Of a DNA stretch of 64,000 nt, positions 33,714 to 46,766 are shown piece after piece. This DNA comes from Basidiobolus meristosporus CBS 931.73 (taxonomy: Eukaryota; Fungi; Basidiobolomycota): the NCBI GenBank assembly GCA_002104905.1, contig MCFE01000152.1, forward strand, positions 62,001 through 126,000, written 5' to 3'. The notes under the pieces were generated by a model. It searched no databases and was not told where the DNA came from. It was given only the letters and a program-made list of their open reading frames with translations. A program made the translations under genes and the position numbers. How positions within the stretch are numbered: position 1 is the first letter of the stretch; each line of letters starts with the position of its first letter.

Positions 33714-36700
33714 ACACAAAGCATATTCTCAATGTTTACCCTGCGAGGGCCATACAGCAGAAGATGTATGAAGATTGGTAAGCTTATCAGGTCTCAGACA
33801 ATTAGATCTCAATGCCAGAATAACATGGGGCAATAATGGTTCATAGAACCAATTCCAAATTTGTCTAGGTGCAAATATGGGGGAAATTGTTTAAGAGTGA
33901 GGAATGATCGTAGTGCGTAACAAAGAATGATTTACACCTCTTGCATTGGATAAAAATCAAGATCAGACCCAACGTATAAGATAACGATTAGCTACGAAAC
34001 CTTGTCGTTATGGATGACTTGGTGCTCCACTGATCATTTGCAACCTAAATCCCAATACTTTGTAACATAGTGATGCGAGACTAATTGATTGAGGTGTAGG
34101 TTGCAGCCTAGCTCACGTGAGTACGAGATGTATCAGAGTGAATACTCGTAAGTCAGCCTATCCGGGGGCGACTAGTCAAAAAAGAGGCCCCATATCGGGG
34201 CAAGTTTGTATATAGTTGTTCTGAAGCATTGCAGTGAGCGTGACCTAGATATGGGAAAGGAATTTTCAGCATTCCAAATACTTCCTGATCTGAATAACCA
34301 AGCTGTGTATCCAAAATAGTCCATCCAGACACCATAGCACTAACCCATACTACTGATGATAGTGCCTAACTGGTACGGATGAGGGTAGTGGCATACATCA
34401 AGAAGCAAACCAGTTGACTGGCCATGGCCTGATACGCACGCATTGGATCAGTTTAATCTGTTAGATCAATGTGAATCAAATTCCTACCTAAATGGCGGGA
34501 TATTCAAGATAGACATTATTCGGAGCTCTGTTTTGACTAGCAGATCAGGCTTCGAAGGCACTGGGGGTTGATTTGGTACTGGGGCTTGACCCTTGTTTTT
34601 ATGGATTGATCCTACCGCCAAGGTACAATCCAGCCCTTACCATTTCTGAGGATATGTAGGTAATAGCCAGTTCAGATGATAGGATAGGATCTATGGTGTG
34701 CGGTGTGTGGTGTGGTAGATCGTACGAGGGTGATTCACTTTAGTGTCATCTTCCAACTCCTTATTGCACTGGACCAGATCTCTGACGAGTGGGGCCACAA
34801 CAATAGATCAGCCAATCATCTCCCCCAACTGCCGACACCGTGAATGAACTTTAAATGCCAAACAAATTGGACCGAAGGGTTTCATTGTGGGATCTGTTTG
34901 ACATAGTAAGTTGGGTTATATATAAACCAGCCTATGGGCAAGCGATGGAACAAGCACAACAAATGGCTTTGCATAACGAAAACCTTGTACTTGTGCCCAC
35001 TAATATCCAGCCCATCTCAGTCAGACGTTTGGAACTGGATCGACAGATTCCAGCGATTGTCCTAAAGCGCCGCAATGCCATTGCAGTTTCACCGCCTGAC
35101 TCACTGGCGCCTCACTCATGGCGGATCCATTCTCCATACTGAAACTAAGTGGACTGAGAGACCTGACCTGAAAATCACCACGCCTTAGCAAAATAGAGAA
35201 AATTCCTTCGAAGCAACATAGATGACCCAGTGTATCGTAAATAGGAGATCTCTCCCCACACTGACGAGACAATAAACATACCAAATACGAGTTGATATTT
35301 GGCCAACTAACTGTTCTACTCGCTTCCAAATATGGGCTCCTTAATCGGGTTCTCACCAACACCCTAGGCCGGTGATTTCCAGCTATTACCTTTATACAGA
35401 TTCAGATTCTTTGTGCCGGGCAGGGAATAATAGATTTCAGCCTCTGGAGTCTATGTCCGCCTTTAGGCCAACCCAGCTCCAGGTAATGGTTAATGTATAC
35501 AGGCTCCGGAGCACAGCGATCGTTCTGATATATATGTAACCTGCATGCCACGGTTTACTCCGATATCAGCCAAGGTCTAGGATGCTATGGGAACCCGCCC
35601 TGACGGGCACTGTAGTCATGGCTATTGATTCTTGAGGCTGTCACCAATATATATTTGGAAGGATAGAGTTCAGACCAATCAGCCTGCTCCTAGCTGAGCT
35701 ATTCTTCGATCCCAACTGTGCACGTAGGAGCTAAATCCGGCCTCTGAAGAGCTTGGATTCTGTGCGTTCAGGAGTACCACTCTGCGTCATTTCATAGGGA
35801 AGTGTGGTTGGCAATCCCGAAATAGGGCTGAACTATCGTATGGTAACGCTCGAATCTCTGTAAACTTCAGCCAATGCTTCAAGAATATGAAGGGGATAAA
35901 CATCACGAATTATGGGTTTATTTAGATTCCTAAACAACAGAAACGGTGCTACATGACCAATAATTGCTGCCTATAGGACGTCAGCTCCATCGGATTTGAT
36001 TATCTTGAAACCAGTTTCAAGATCTAGTAAGTTGTAGATCATGTCCACCTCACGAATATCTAAGAATAATCCGCTTGGGCACGGGCGAAGGACACATGCA
36101 GCCATTGAACAGTCGGCTCCATGCACTTGACGCTGTTCGCCTACTAGTGCCTTAGTGCATAGCAGTAAGTGCAGCTTTTGGGGTTTTTGGCGGAGAGTTG
36201 GCGGAGAGGCGTTCGTCTGATTTCGGGATTAGAGAAACCCCTTTCCTCCCCTCAATGTAACCCTATAATATATAGCCTATTTTCCCCTCGTGACACATTC
36301 GATTTATCAAGCGTTCACAGATCGCACAAACTGCACCTCGCATCTCTCCTGAGCTTTCTTTGGCATCCAGAACCAGTACTAGTATCAACGGGACATGGTC
36401 TTCGAGATGGGAATAACTGGATCAATTGTATTGGTGAGGTTTATCATCAACAGAACAGAACCCACCATGCATGCAGCTCATTATTACCTTAACGATCAAT
36501 ATGATTCCAAACCTATTTCGTCACACCCAGCGTAGATGTGGCAGGAGTAGGCTGCTATTTCGATCGTTGGTCACTAACTGTATTCCGAAAATGGTGTTTA
36601 CAGTAGTCCCAGAGTTCCTGGGGTCGCCAATAACCTTCGACTCACCAATACAATGTGGCCCAATTGAGAGATTTGCATTATGAAAAAAATGAGTCAGGCC

Positions 36701-37024
36701 ACATATACTTGACGTCCGCTCGAGGTTACTGTTGCTTCTTTATAAACTTAGAGTAATCGGGTTGCGATCATAAAGTATCTTTCAAACCGCATTAAGGGCA
36801 TCTCCACCGCAAATAATCAGCTCGACTTGACCATGAGAAGCATACCATCTCTAAGTTCGTACTCAGGAGTTCCAGAGTATGTTGTTAGCTACGTGTCCGA
36901 GCAACCACCACTATCCTTGCCTTCGTCAAGCAACGGGGTCTCCATACATCTCTGCCTTCACGAATCTCCTGAATTCTTTAGCAATCCGAGACTAAATGGA
37001 ACGAGCCTGCTGGAAGAAGCAACC

Positions 37025-37669
37025 ATGTCTATTCCTACGGAGGGAGAGTTTTTCTTCGTACCTGAAGGCTTTGTACCTATCCTGATAGTCGAATCGTTAA
37101 CCTCGGTAATAGAATACAACTACCCGACCAATGCAGTCCCTTCGACCCAGCCCAGATTCCCCGGTCCGGTTTATTCCGCCTCGATCCACACTCAGCCGAC
37201 TGGGAATGTACCTCCTCGCGATGTCAAGGCCCTGCATCCAGGAGCCTCAAATCCAGCCAAGACGAAGGGCCCGAAGCTCAAAAAGGCGCCACGACCTACC
37301 AATGCATTTATCATTTTCCGCAGGGAGAACCATGGACGCATATTCCAGCAGAACCCACATCTATCCAACAATGATGTTTCCAAGGCGCTGGGGAAAGAAT
37401 GGAAGGAACTGCCGGAACACAAGAAAGATATCTACCGTGAAAAGGCGAAAAACCTTCAATTAGAGTATCAGCACAAGTATCCCGACTACAGATTTACCCC
37501 TCCAGCACATCGCCAAAAACGCGCGAAAACGCCCAAGTTAGTCAGCGATTGCATGGAGCACACTTACACCAAGCCCAGCCATCCAGCCCCAGACACTACA
37601 ATGCACACACGTCCTTCACAAAGTCCTTTTCATATATTGTATATTCCGAAGGTGGGCAGCTCCAGCTAG
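37025..37669 (+). CDS. Sequence-specific HMG-box transcription factor (SOX/TCF/MATA_HMG class)
   Basis: PRPTNAFIIFRRENH...NPHLSNNDVSKALGKEWKEL...YREKA.....HKYPDYRFTP. First ATG at 37025; the open frame extends back to 36827. Confidence 0.88.
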   Translation: MSIPTEGEFFFVPEGFVPILIVESLTSVIEYNYPTNAVPSTQPRFPGPVYSASIHTQPTGNVPPRDVKALHPGASNPAKTKGPKLKKAPRPTNAFIIFRRENHGRIFQQNPHLSNNDVSKALGKEWKELPEHKKDIYREKAKNLQLEYQHKYPDYRFTPPAHRQKRAKTPKLVSDCMEHTYTKPSHPAPDTTMHTRPSQSPFHILYIPKVGSSS

Positions 37670-39379
37670 ATGTGGCCATACACAAATTTGCAGGTCTTGC
37701 ACCAAGAACACTCTATATACACACATGAATTTCGGGCTTCGTCTACAAGTACTATGACATTCCATCAGGGTGAAGGTGCACCCATGGAATATTCCTGATC
37801 AGAAGAGCAATCATTCGCATTGAATGGCCTCTAGATGCTCAATTTGCAGGATCCCATTGACGGGGGTGTTGGTATATTTACGAATGATCTCGCCTAGAGC
37901 GCACATTCACTCTGAATTGGATGTAAATAAACCTGACAAACCTCATATGATATCCATCTCCAAACAAAGCAAGGCTCTTACGTCTTCTCAGCTTCCAACA
38001 GATTCCTCTTGCTACACGCCACCAGTCCTTGCTGATAAGCCTGGCTTCAGCAAAAGCCATTCGACATCACCAAATCTATTTCGGCCCAATATGAACGTGG
38101 CCCACCCTATGTTAACATGTATGGAAGGCCGCTCAAAGATCTTGCCATCAGTAGATAATCTGGCACATTTAGCCGTTGCTAAATATATTTTGTCTAGTTT
38201 GGTCTGAACCAACCCACCTGACAGATCCACTTGTTGATCTTCAACGACGATGGAATCACGATACTCCTGCCTAGTTGGATACCCGGCTTATGAACACGGG
38301 TTCCAAGTATTTTGGTACAACCATGGTGCGAGATCGATGCAACTATTAATGACCTGCGGCTTATTGTTTCGGATAGGTTTGAACAATGAGAAGTAAATAT
38401 TAGTATAGCGTTTATTTCTCATATAGTATATACTGATCGCCTAGTATATTTACCACACAAATATTCTTAACAGCCCTCCCGATATGCCAGAAGCTCAAGC
38501 CACTGCTCAGATACCATTCTACTGCAATATTTGGGTTTTGTTGGTGCATAGTTATTTTCCACCAATCACATCTAGTCCCTTTTTCATCCCAACTAGGCAT
38601 GATTGGCTATATCCTCTATCTGATCTAAATGATAAAAATTGCCCTCTGGTCATTAGTATATTATTTTTAAGATTCTACATATATACTAGACTCAATTAGA
38701 TTTGTGGATGTAAGTGGAAATACACCATAGGTATATCTAATAGAGCTTTGAATAGCTGAATACAGAACTGGTCCACATTATAAATCAGAAATTGCCACCT
38801 ATTCATGTTGCAAATTTGTAATTCAACCAGACTATTCTATTAACTTTGTCACTTAAAACATAATTAACCAACCTTAGGGTTTCTTCCCAAGCTTCTTGTC
38901 AAGTGTCACCTCAAATATTCTGCCAGGATGTCAGATACCCAGGGCTTGAAAAATTTCAATGCTGTCCAAAGTGTTGCAATACTTTAGGGGCTTTTTGAAG
39001 TAATTTGGAGAACTAGAAGACTTGTACAGTATTTGCTGCTTGTTACACCAAGTTCAAGGAAGGCATTTGTACAATTGAAAATGGTTAGACTGGTGCAAAA
39101 AGGCTGCTGCCAGCTGTGTGAAGCATTGGTTGCTATTGAGCAGATTTAAAATACCAATGCTTCCAAACCTTCCTCAACTAAAGAATTAGCTGATGTCCTA
39201 CAAGCCAAATTAGAAGTAACTAAATCCTATTTTATCAACAAGTTGAATGGAATCTTGACTATGTGAATTCTTTGGTGTAAGCCAAATTTCTACTACAGTC
39301 AATATATTTCTGAATTACTTCACTAAACACTATTTATTTATTCAATACAGGCATGTATATATACCTTAGTAGGGTATAA

Positions 39380-39563
39380 ACAACAAGTGTGCAGAGTGTG
39401 AGGCTGTTTGGATAACCTTGATCTTTCCTATTTTCTGGGTAACTGATGTTTAGGTGAAGCTATTCCATGTAAATCCTGACAAGTAACATGGCCAGAATTT
39501 TCTAAGATTTGTAGACTGTGATCCAAGTAACCAAGTTTGGTGGATATTTAGGTACAATTCACA
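39380..39563 (-). repeat. Degenerate partial copia LTR
   Basis: Weak reverse-complement similarity to the 5' half of the 340-bp LTR; boundaries are approximate. Confidence 0.55.
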
Positions 39564-39761
39564 ATAACAAGTTCACCCATATTGATGATGTTGCAAGATT
39601 CTATGGAAAATTGATTGTGATCTTGGAAACTAGAGTTCCTTAATGCTCACCAGTTACTTTACCAAGTTCAAAATGCCAAGTTTCTTATTGATTTCACAAG
39701 AACTTTATTGAGCATAACATAGGAATGTTCCAAAAAAGGTCCCTGGAGGTGGTATACATGA

Positions 39762-40104
39762 TGTAAAAATTCGTATTTCCACCTAAATATTCATCTAACT
39801 TAGTCACTTAGATCATTACCTTCATATCCTAGAGAATACTGACCAAACTCCTTGTTGGGATTTACAAAGAATATTTTCACCAAAATAACAGGTACCCAGA
39901 ACATGAAAATTCTCAGAGTTGTCCAAACAGCCCCAAACTTTGCACACATGTTCTTGAGACCTTCCTTAACCTATTCTACATGTTTTTTATGCCAAGATCA
40001 TGTAAAAGTAGAAATACTACTTTTACATTTAATAAATCATTAAGTGAAAATCACATAATCTACTTGTTCTCCCAACCACTTCCAATATCTCCAAGACTCT
40101 TACA
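39762..40104 (+). repeat. Copia solo LTR (343 bp)
   Basis: TGTAAA...CTTACA, clearly homologous to 4566-4903 and 25038-25380. Confidence 0.88.
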
Positions 40105-40146
40105 ACAATACAGTGCATACAGGTCTTTAGATGGGTTCAAAGATAT

Positions 40147-40361
40147 TGTAGATTTTGTAATTACACCTAGATACTCACATAACTTGGTTACTAGGATCAT
40201 AGTTCAAAAATCTGAGAGAATTTTGGCCAAGTTTCTTATTGGGATATACTTAGAATATTCCCACTAAAGTAATAGGTACACAGAACATAAGAAATCTCAA
40301 GGTTATTCAAGCAACCACTAACTTTGCACACATATTCTTATGACCTTCCTAAGCATATTCT
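40147..40361 (+). repeat. Truncated copia LTR in tandem with 39762-40104
   Basis: Homologous to the first ~215 bp of the LTR. Confidence 0.7.
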
Positions 40362-41182
40362 AACTCCCAGGAACAAGCAAAAAGATATATATATATAGGT
40401 CAGGTAAATACTATATATGTAGGAGTAGGCTAAGCATTTAAAACAATAGATGCATGTAGCAACGTAAACTAGTCGCTGATAAACTACTTATGGAACATTA
40501 GCAATTTCCTTGTGTCCTAGTTTCACCTGCAGCTTTAGCTTTGTGAAAGTATCCTCTACCAGGCTTATTCTATGATATTATTCATACAAATGCGCCACCA
40601 ATGGTTTCAACAATGAAAACCGAGACCCATTGTTGCATCCGGTGGCTGCCGCAGCATCACTAGAACAGTCCTCCATATCACGTGCTAGTTCCACGAAAAA
40701 CCATAACGGCTCATGCCGATGAGAAGCCAATAGATTTGGATTACATAATCCAAGCCAGTGTATATGCATCGCGTTCTTACCACTATCTATAGCCAATCAT
40801 TTCAATCAAAATCATGACAATCCAAACTAATACCACGAGCGGCATTCATGGAATATGAAACCAACATTTTCAGCATGCCAGTGAGCTAGGATTCACAATC
40901 ATCGGCAGAGCCAATCACTCCCGTAAATTCCGGCGACGGTTCACCTTTTTTAACTTCTGGATTCGAGCCTAGTGCGTTGAATCACGCGTCGATAAACCAT
41001 ACATCACCAGAATGATGGTTAGGTGGACACCGGTGAGCGTAAGATGGAAAAAATCCCACATATACTTTATTTTGCTGTACGGTTGGAGGAGAATGACGGT
41101 GATGAAAGTATGCTGCTAAAACTAGCTAGACTTCTATACATAATATACAGAGCCAGAGAAAGACAGTAGACAAGAAAAATGC

Positions 41183-41620
41183 TTATATAGTGTAAGTTTC
41201 TCCACGAAGTCTTCTCGCCAAGTAAATATCTTTGGTTTGAATGGTAACACGCTTAGCATGGATCGCGGCTAGATTGGTGTCCTCAAACAGGCCCACTAGG
41301 TAAGCCTCCGTTGCCTCCTGAAGTGCAGCAATGGCAGTACCTTGAAAGCGAAGATCACTCTTGAACTCGCTCGCAATTTCACGGACTAGTCTTTGAAAGG
41401 GAAGTTTGTTGATAAGGAGCTCGGTGGTTTTTTGATAACGTCTGATTTCTCGAAGGGCAACCGTTCCAGGTCTATACCGGTGGGGTTTTTTCACCCCGTA
41501 TGTGCGTCTGCTTGCTGTAACGGCATTCAGGGTGTTCTTACGTGCGATCTTGGGGATCAGCTGCTTTCTTGGCACTTTACCGCCGGTTGACTTTCGCGCG
41601 GTTTGTTTGGTTCTGGCCAT
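41183..41620 (-). CDS. Divergent histone H3 variant (145 aa), intronless
   Basis: [21 protein letters not shown]...[22 protein letters not shown]...[11 protein letters not shown]...[18 protein letters not shown] at 41620. Confidence 0.95.
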   Translation of the reverse strand: MARTKQTARKSTGGKVPRKQLIPKIARKNTLNAVTASRRTYGVKKPHRYRPGTVALREIRRYQKTTELLINKLPFQRLVREIASEFKSDLRFQGTAIAALQEATEAYLVGLFEDTNLAAIHAKRVTIQTKDIYLARRLRGETYTI

Positions 41621-43282
41621 AATAAACTGGTAGCTTTGTGTGTGTGTGCACGTGTGTCTGCTAAATAAATAAAATGAAGTGCAATCTGTTGGAAAGAGAA
41701 AGTTAAACACCTGCCGATTTTTTTGATCGTAATATATATGCTTTTGACAAATGGGGGTTGTAGCCAATGATCATGCCTCTCGATATAGTTGCCTTTAATT
41801 CGAGTTTAATAAAGGGTCATGAGTGAATCAGATGCACTTTAACCAATATAAAACTGGTTTCTCTAAAATTGATGCATTAGCATTTGTATTGTCACTATGG
41901 ATCGAGGAATGTTCTATGGAACACCTAATTCCACTCTAAAGAGCTCTTTATGGCCAATATGCATGTCACTTGAGGGAAGTGACTTGCCTAGGCTCAGCAA
42001 TGGCAATGAAGCTGATTCAGCTTGCAAATACTTCTGAATAGAAGGTTGGTTTCCCAAGCTGAATCATGTGATAGGAATTTCATTCACAAACACAGCAGAT
42101 GCCAATGGGGATAAATGGAAGTAGTAACCCCATTGATTCTTGGATTAAAGCTCAGAGCTTTGGCACAGTAAATGCAATAGTCTCTTATAATTGGATAGTA
42201 TACTACTTGACAAAGCATTACCAATTTACTTATAGGCATTTCAATATCCAATAATATTAGGGAGATTCCATACCAGTACTGTGTTAGGGAGGTGCATGAT
42301 TGCCTACACTCCAAAGTATGGGGTTTCAGTACTGATGTGGAAGATAGTGATTTAGATCATCAGATAGTACCACAAGCCCTTACACCAAATTTGAAACTCA
42401 CTGATAGTGCAGTTAAAGCAGCATGGTGCATTTGTAAATGGAATACAAGGGTACCAGAGTATTTGTATTTTTGAAGGTGTTGGTGTCTTTCTTTTGCTTG
42501 CAGAGCCTAGAGCATACCTTAGCATCCTCCGAATATCCTTCTGCCCGCAGGTAATTCATACCTAGTGGGCTTCATTTGGGTAGGTGATCATAAGCGATGC
42601 GCTCATGCAATTTCAAAATATATCTCCATCATCACAAGCTATCAATGACTCAGCTTCCGAGTTGGGCTTCCGTAAGGGATGAGGGATGGTGAAGATTCTT
42701 CTGGAATGATCAGAATTCACGATTTGCCTGATGGCAATTTTGGGGTGGGATATGATCGATTTTGGGAGCAATATCCAATAATATCGGCAAAGCGGATCGA
42801 GAATAGATGCGGTTGATGGCAGACATTTGCACAAAAAGCCCTGGTCAACCAAGTGTTTCAACTTAAAAAATCAATAGGATTGTCCCATCTTCTAGGTTCA
42901 TCCACATTTTGATAGGCAGTTGCTGTGGCACATCCATTCTGCTAGTATTGATACTTGTCTACGCCATTCATATCTGTAGAAGGTAAGGTGGATTCACACA
43001 GTCTTTCCTTGCCTACCTTGAGTTTCGTGACACGATTTCCAAGCCGTAGTTACTGGCACTTCCCACCATTCAGTTTTTCAAAACGGCCCGCTTCTCCTTT
43101 CATCTTGACAACTGTATTATTGAGTAGTAGTGTTTCTAATTCGCGCTCTTTAAATACCAGAACATCATCTACCGTATCCACGTAGCCACACTTCAGTCGG
43201 AGCCATTTCCATTGTATTGCTCGCACTTGCGCGTCCTTATTGAGCAGCCCGTTTTCCAGACCATTCTATAATTTTAATACTA

Positions 43283-46200
43283 ATGGATCCATCCGATACC
43301 ATCCTCGACAAAAGCCCTCCACAGTATGGTACTGCAAGTTTTCTTCAATCTTTCCTGGTTGTCCAAACTAACCTATCTTGATGTCTTCCCTTACAGAAGC
43401 GTCTCCCTCTCCCTCAGAGCAGTATGATGCTATCCAGCCTCTTGTAAATTCGCCACTTCAAGTGGGGGAGACTCGATATCTACTTGACTTCAAGTGGTAC
43501 GAGGAATGGCAGGAATATGCCACAGAGAAGTCTCTGGTTTCACCTGGACCTATCGACAACACCTCTCTCTTTAACGACAGCTCATTCACTACGTTGAAGG
43601 AATGGTTGAGCGTCGATATTGACATAATCCCTGTTCCCGAGGATGCCTGGGAGAAGTTGGTGCTTTGGTAAGGGTTCTTTTATATCGGGTGGCAAGCAGA
43701 AGCAGTCTGGGACTGCACCCTTCTGTCTCTACCTTCACAAGCCATATTAATCCTTTGACTCCGAAGGTATGGTTCTCTCACACCCGAGATTATCCGCCCG
43801 GTCATCAAAGGTTCTGCACAAGAGGCTATCATTGAGGTTTACCCTTGGGAGGTCAGCTTAGTGCGTATACTTCCACCATCTTCTTCTCTGCTCAGCAAAA
43901 AGGCACTAAAGTTACAAATAAGTAAAGGGTGCACGATTTCGGATCTCCGATTCAAGGTGATTGACAAACTGGAGATTGAGGGGGAAATGAAGCTCTGGAA
44001 GTTCGGGGAGGATGTGCCAGAAACCTCCTTTATCAAAGCTGATCAGCTGGAGAGTGCCCAGCCTATCGAGGCCAAATTTGACAGCAAAACCATCCAAGAA
44101 TTTGGACTTCACTTGTACGACGCAATAGGCGTAGAGGTGAAGGAGCATGGGAAGTGGCCCACCGGATACGTACCTCAACCTGTGGTTGCCTCTTCCAATG
44201 GCCTGCCAAACAGCACCCCCAACTATACCATCTCCTCATATTCGCCTAGAGCCACTATCCAGCCCTCCAAACCCCGTGGTGTCACCGGGTTATCCAACCT
44301 GGGCAACACTTGTTTCATGAACTCTGCTCTCCAATGCTTGAGCAACACCAAGGAGCTTAAAGAATACTTTGTCTCTGGAATGTACAAGCATGAGCTCAAC
44401 AAGACAAATCCTCTGGGGATGAATGGGGAGGTTGCCGAAGCGTTCGGAAGTTTGGTTGAGAGGTTGTGGAGCGGGATGAACAGTTCTATTGCGCCCAGAG
44501 AGTTCAAATTGACCATCGGCCGATTTGCCCCTTCGTTCATGGGCTACCAGCAGCACGACTCGCAGGAGTTCATTGCGTTCTTATTAGATGGTTTACATGA
44601 GGACCTGAACCGAATCTACGACAAACCATACATAGAGAAGAAGGATTCCGATGGTCGACCCGATGCCATTGTCGCCGAGGAACACTGGCAAGTTCACAAA
44701 TCTCGTAACGACAGTGTCATCGTGGACATGTTTCAGGGCCAGTACAAGAGCACCTTGATCTGTCCTGAGTGTAACAAAGTCTCGGTCACCTTCGACCCCT
44801 TCATGTACTTAACTCTTCCCATCCCTGTCTCCAAAGAGTTAAAGCTTGAGGTCCATTTCGTCCCTCTCGACCCAGCCAAGCGCCCTCTCAAGCTCAATTT
44901 GAAGATGCCCCATGGAGGCACCCACAAGGCCATGAAGGAGAAGATAGGCTCCATGCTAAATGTTGCTCATGAGAATATTGTCACGTGCGAGGTCTATACT
45001 TCCCGCATCTACAAGGTCTTCGAGAATTCGGACAAATTGAACGAGATTGGTGTGAGTGACACGATTTATGCATATGAGCTCCCCGTAGCCTTCCCACCGA
45101 ATCGTGGCTCTGGGTGTGTCATTTTGTCAGTGCTGAACGCGTATTCCAAGCAAATCTCCACCTCCTCCTTCGGTGCCTCCCGTGCTATCCCCGACTTCTT
45201 CGGCGTGCCACTTCTTGTGGCCTTATCAGAAGACAAGATCTCAGAAGACGGCCTGGAGGAGGCTGTTCTGGAGCAGTTGGCGAGGTATACTACTGTCGAC
45301 TTGAGGTCTTTGACTCCAGCTGAGCTGACTTCACTCAAGCGTGAGGATACCACAAACGATGTTGAGATGGACGATGTGGAAACCAACCAACAGCGTATAG
45401 AGGAGATAAACGACGAGGAGCTTGTTACCAAGGAGGAGGATGTAGCGCCGTTGGAGGAGTCGGATTCGGAGACCCCGGTGAAAAAGTTCAAGAAGGCGGA
45501 TCCCAAGCTATTCGAGATGAAAATCAGCAGCCAAAGCTCAGGCCGCAGCATTCCCGCCAACTTCACCCTGTCCAATTTGATTAGCCTTAGCAAAAGGAGA
45601 CAAGATGTGGACGAGGCCAAAGAAGTCACCCAGCTTCCTTTCCTCAAACTTGGAGACACGATTGTCTGCGAATGGGAGCGTGAGGTCGCGAACCATGTTT
45701 TCGGTGACTCTAGAAATGAGATGGATACCGATGATGTTAGAGGCGGGCTTTGGAGCACGTTCGAGGTCTTTGTGGACCCCAACGAGAAGCCGGTCGAAAA
45801 GTCCCAAGAAAAGAAGGATATCACGCTTGATGACTGTTTAGAGGAGTTTGTCAAGGAAGAGCAACTAGGGGAGGAGGATCCTTGGTATTGTCCCAACTGT
45901 AAGAAGCACCAGCAAGCCTTGAAGAAGTTTGATCTGTGGCGGTTGCCGGACTTTTTGGTGGTCCATTTGAAGCGGTTTTCACACACGCGTAGTTGGCGTA
46001 ACAAAATCGACGTGGTTGTGGATTTCCCCATCAACGATCTTGACCTGTCCTCTCGCGTGCTCGGGGAGAGGATTGATGAGAACGGCCTGATATACGACCT
46101 GTATGCCATCTCTAACCATTATGGCGGCTTGGGTGGTGGGCACTACACCGCATATGCATACAACTCCGAAGAGGAGCGGTGGTACAACTTCGACGATTCC

Positions 46201-46476
46201 ATGGTAGAGCCGGTCAACGTGGACTCCATCAAGACCACTGCGGCATATCTGCTGTTTTACAAACGTAGAGGCGCTAAATTCCAGCTCCCTGACCTGGCAC
46301 AAATCCAACGCCAGCCGGAGCCAGAAGCCACCAACGGAGATGCGGACCAGATGCAACTCACACCATTCAACCCCAGTGTCGGAAACCCGGATCAGATTGG
46401 GTACAGCGATGATGAGCTGGACAAGGACATGGAGATATCGATGTCGGATAGCAGATCAAGCCCGGATTTCATGTGA
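43283..46476 (+). CDS. Ubiquitin C-terminal hydrolase, USP4/11/15 (Ubp12)-like, DUSP plus split USP domain
   Basis: Cys box GLSNLGNTCFMNSALQCL, QHDSQEF, His box HYGGLGGGHYTAY and NFDDS. Inferred introns at 43329-43396 and 43668-43766 restore the DUSP ...WYG...EVYP. Confidence 0.93.
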
Positions 46477-46766
46477 GTTCTTCAGCCTGCGAGCAGCTTC
46501 CGTTTCCAACCTCTATTTATCAGCGCATTCTATGGCTAGTCTTTTTCCAGAAACTATGTACTACTCATTGATAAAAGAAATATTCCACCTTCATAAAACG
46601 CGGGGTCACATATTGTATTATTGGCCTAGCATAGCTCAAAAATCCAGATTACTTTTATTGTACGTGGGTTGGAACAGGGATCGGAGACATGTCTAGCATT
46701 AATTTAACTCTATACCGAATGTTCTCGTTAGCGGTTGATCAAAAAGATATCACTCGATGTTGGTGG

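Noticed and set aside
36827-37669. Calling the HMG gene sexM/sexP (mating-type locus)
   Set aside because: tptA/rnhA synteny is absent and such fungi have many HMG paralogs. It is kept only as a hypothesis.
41183-41767. H3 gene as CENP-A/CenH3, or as a 194-aa N-terminally extended protein
   Set aside because: Loop 1 length and Q68/F84/T107 are canonical and the tail starts with [10 protein letters not shown]. The upstream in-frame ATG adds non-conserved, low-complexity text.
42613-42940. Small minus-strand ORF upstream of the USP gene
   Set aside because: It is frameshifted near 42870, has no recognisable domain and adjoins a CpG-depleted relic.
45066-46109. 347-aa antisense ORF and other overlapping ORFs over USP, OSBP, atf1 and 52334..52846
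   Set aside because: These are shadow frames of well-supported genes with no recognisable motifs.
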